Source of the DNA: Octopus sinensis
Taxonomy: Eukaryota
Reading direction: 5' to 3'
DNA length: 64,000 bases
NCBI RefSeq assembly: GCF_006345805.1
Contig: NC_043012.1
Location: forward strand, 13,144,001-13,208,000
The notes under the pieces were generated by a model. It searched no databases and was not told where the DNA came from. It saw nothing but the letters and a program-made list of their open reading frames with translations. This document shows positions 62,438 to 64,000 of the stretch, one piece after another; position 1 is the first letter of the stretch, and every line of letters starts with the position of its first letter. The position numbers were made by a program, and so were the translations under genes.

Positions 62438-62800
62438 ATCACTTTCCCTGTCAGCACTACAGCATGGGACCAGAGGTAGGACTTGATTATCTGTCCATCT
62501 TGGATTCGTAAACCCTTCTCTCCCATTTGTTTCCTCATCTTTAGCTCGGATATCAAGTTCCTCCGGCGAAGTCTCTCTCTTAGTGAGTATTCCTCGCGAA
62601 AACCCATATTGGGGTCCTCCCAGGCATGCGTCTGAGCTCTGTTCAGAAAGACTGAAGCCTCCCGATCAGAAGAAAAGATTACCCTTATTGGGCGTGGTCT
62701 AGTATCTGCGGTTGGGTTCGCTTGGAATCTTCCTAGCCGAGCGACCTTAAGAACACTGACATTATTAATATCTATCGAAGTAATAAAGGGATTTGAGGAT
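62434..62800 (-). CDS. CR1-group LINE ORF1 C-terminal fragment
   Basis: RLGRF...RPRPIRVIF...REEYSLRERLRRRNLISELKMRKQMGE.GLRI, typical of the CR1 ORF1 end. Abuts the APE ORF. Confidence 0.7.
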
Positions 62801-63156
62801 TTGTGCTGTAAATCATGTATACGTAATGGCATTGCCTACGATGTGTGTTTTCCGCCCTTCTAAATCATGGCAGCTTCCTCCCTGGCCAAGCTATACATAC
62901 TTGACATTTTAACATTAGTAATGACAGATATAAACAAACTTTGCAAAAACATAATCTGGAGTCTTCAGTAAGGATCAGTTCATCAATTGCATAGAAGGAT
63001 TGTGTAATTCGAGAGGATTTGAGATAATTAAATCTTGTGTAGTCATTACTATAATTTTAACCGTCTATTGAGTTAAATGTTGGTCACAGAAAATATTTTC
63101 TCCTATAAAATATTTTGTTTAAAAAAATAAGTAGCTACTTCCAGAGACGGATACAT

Positions 63157-63365
63157 ACGAAGGGTTTCAAAAAAGTTCCTGGCATTGGGTAAAACAAAAT
63201 ATAGGAGTATCAATTAATTATGATTTTATAAAACATACTCCCTCTGAGATTCACACATTTGTTGCAGTCTTCCAGTTTTTCTAAGCGCTATAAAACAATT
63301 CAGAAGTTTGGGCCTTCAGCGAGGCTTTTCGCGTTATCTTTAAAGCCAGTACTTTTCAACACCGA
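63157..63365. mobile_element. Mariner-derived MITE, degenerate TIRs
   Basis: Left tacgaagggtttcaaaaaagttcctggc, right gccagtacttttcaacacc. A similar TIR start gaggggtgctgaaaagctgccggc occurs at ~8448. Confidence 0.5.
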
Positions 63366-64000
63366 ATTCCTTATTTCTATTCATAATCTATAATTATCTG
63401 CTTTACAATATGAATAACATTGTACTCGCGTCCGTTTCTGATAACTCTATTGCAATTTTAATATAACACGTACTTTTCAAATGCAATTCAATTAACTTTC
63501 GTTATGTCATGACATATAATATCCAAACCCAAACAATCTTCTTTGTTAATAATCTGTATCCATATTTTGAAGATATTTCACATGATATACAGAATCTTAC
63601 AACACACAATACACAATAGAGTTGATTCCAACAATGCGTAGGTACTTATCAAATACACGATGTCGTGTTTCGTTTTGACAGTTCCACTAACATCCCAGCT
63701 TGAACTTGTTAAATTGTTGTAGGTATTTAAACAAACGAAAATAAATTCTTTTAAATATAGTATATATGTTATAAATTAATATTGTATGTAAGCATAACCA
63801 TAAACAGCGTGTCGGTTTTCTAAAAGCAATATGGCTCTAATCAAATGCGTATAAACAAATACAAACAACTAAATCGACATTTCTTTTCGGTTTTCAGAAA
63901 CATCTTTATATCAAATATATTTCTTGCGAGACGATAATACAGAATAGCAATGATTTCGTCATTTCTAAGCATATTAGACAAGTAGCAAATACATAAATCA

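Overview
AT-rich, microsatellite-dense animal genomic DNA. The tRNA-derived SINEs resemble those described from octopus, so a cephalopod origin is likely (inference). There is one 100-N gap at 38971-39070. I found no host protein-coding gene that I can support, and most ORFs in the track are microsatellite artefacts. The window is mostly decayed transposable elements: Helitron, Tx1/L1, mariner, Gypsy (Mag-like), R4/Dong, RTE, CR1, Merlin, Chapaev3-like and Penelope-like pieces. A diverged tandem segmental duplication spans about 8.5-19.0 kb and 19.0-23.7 kb. The main signal is about 15 type I hammerhead ribozyme (HHR) motifs from at least 8 sequence families, all folded by hand. Several sit in non-coding monomers of about 350, 360, 485, 495 and 590 nt arranged as partial tandems, some with inverted segments, mostly inside (TA)n tracts. 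This is the layout of non-LTR retrozymes and Penelope-associated HHR elements. Nearly every family has its own palindromic helix III. One motif carries a G3-C8 swap of the catalytic-core C3-G8 pair. The two copies of the duplication carry different HHR elements in the same (TA)n tract. Activity and novelty are untested.
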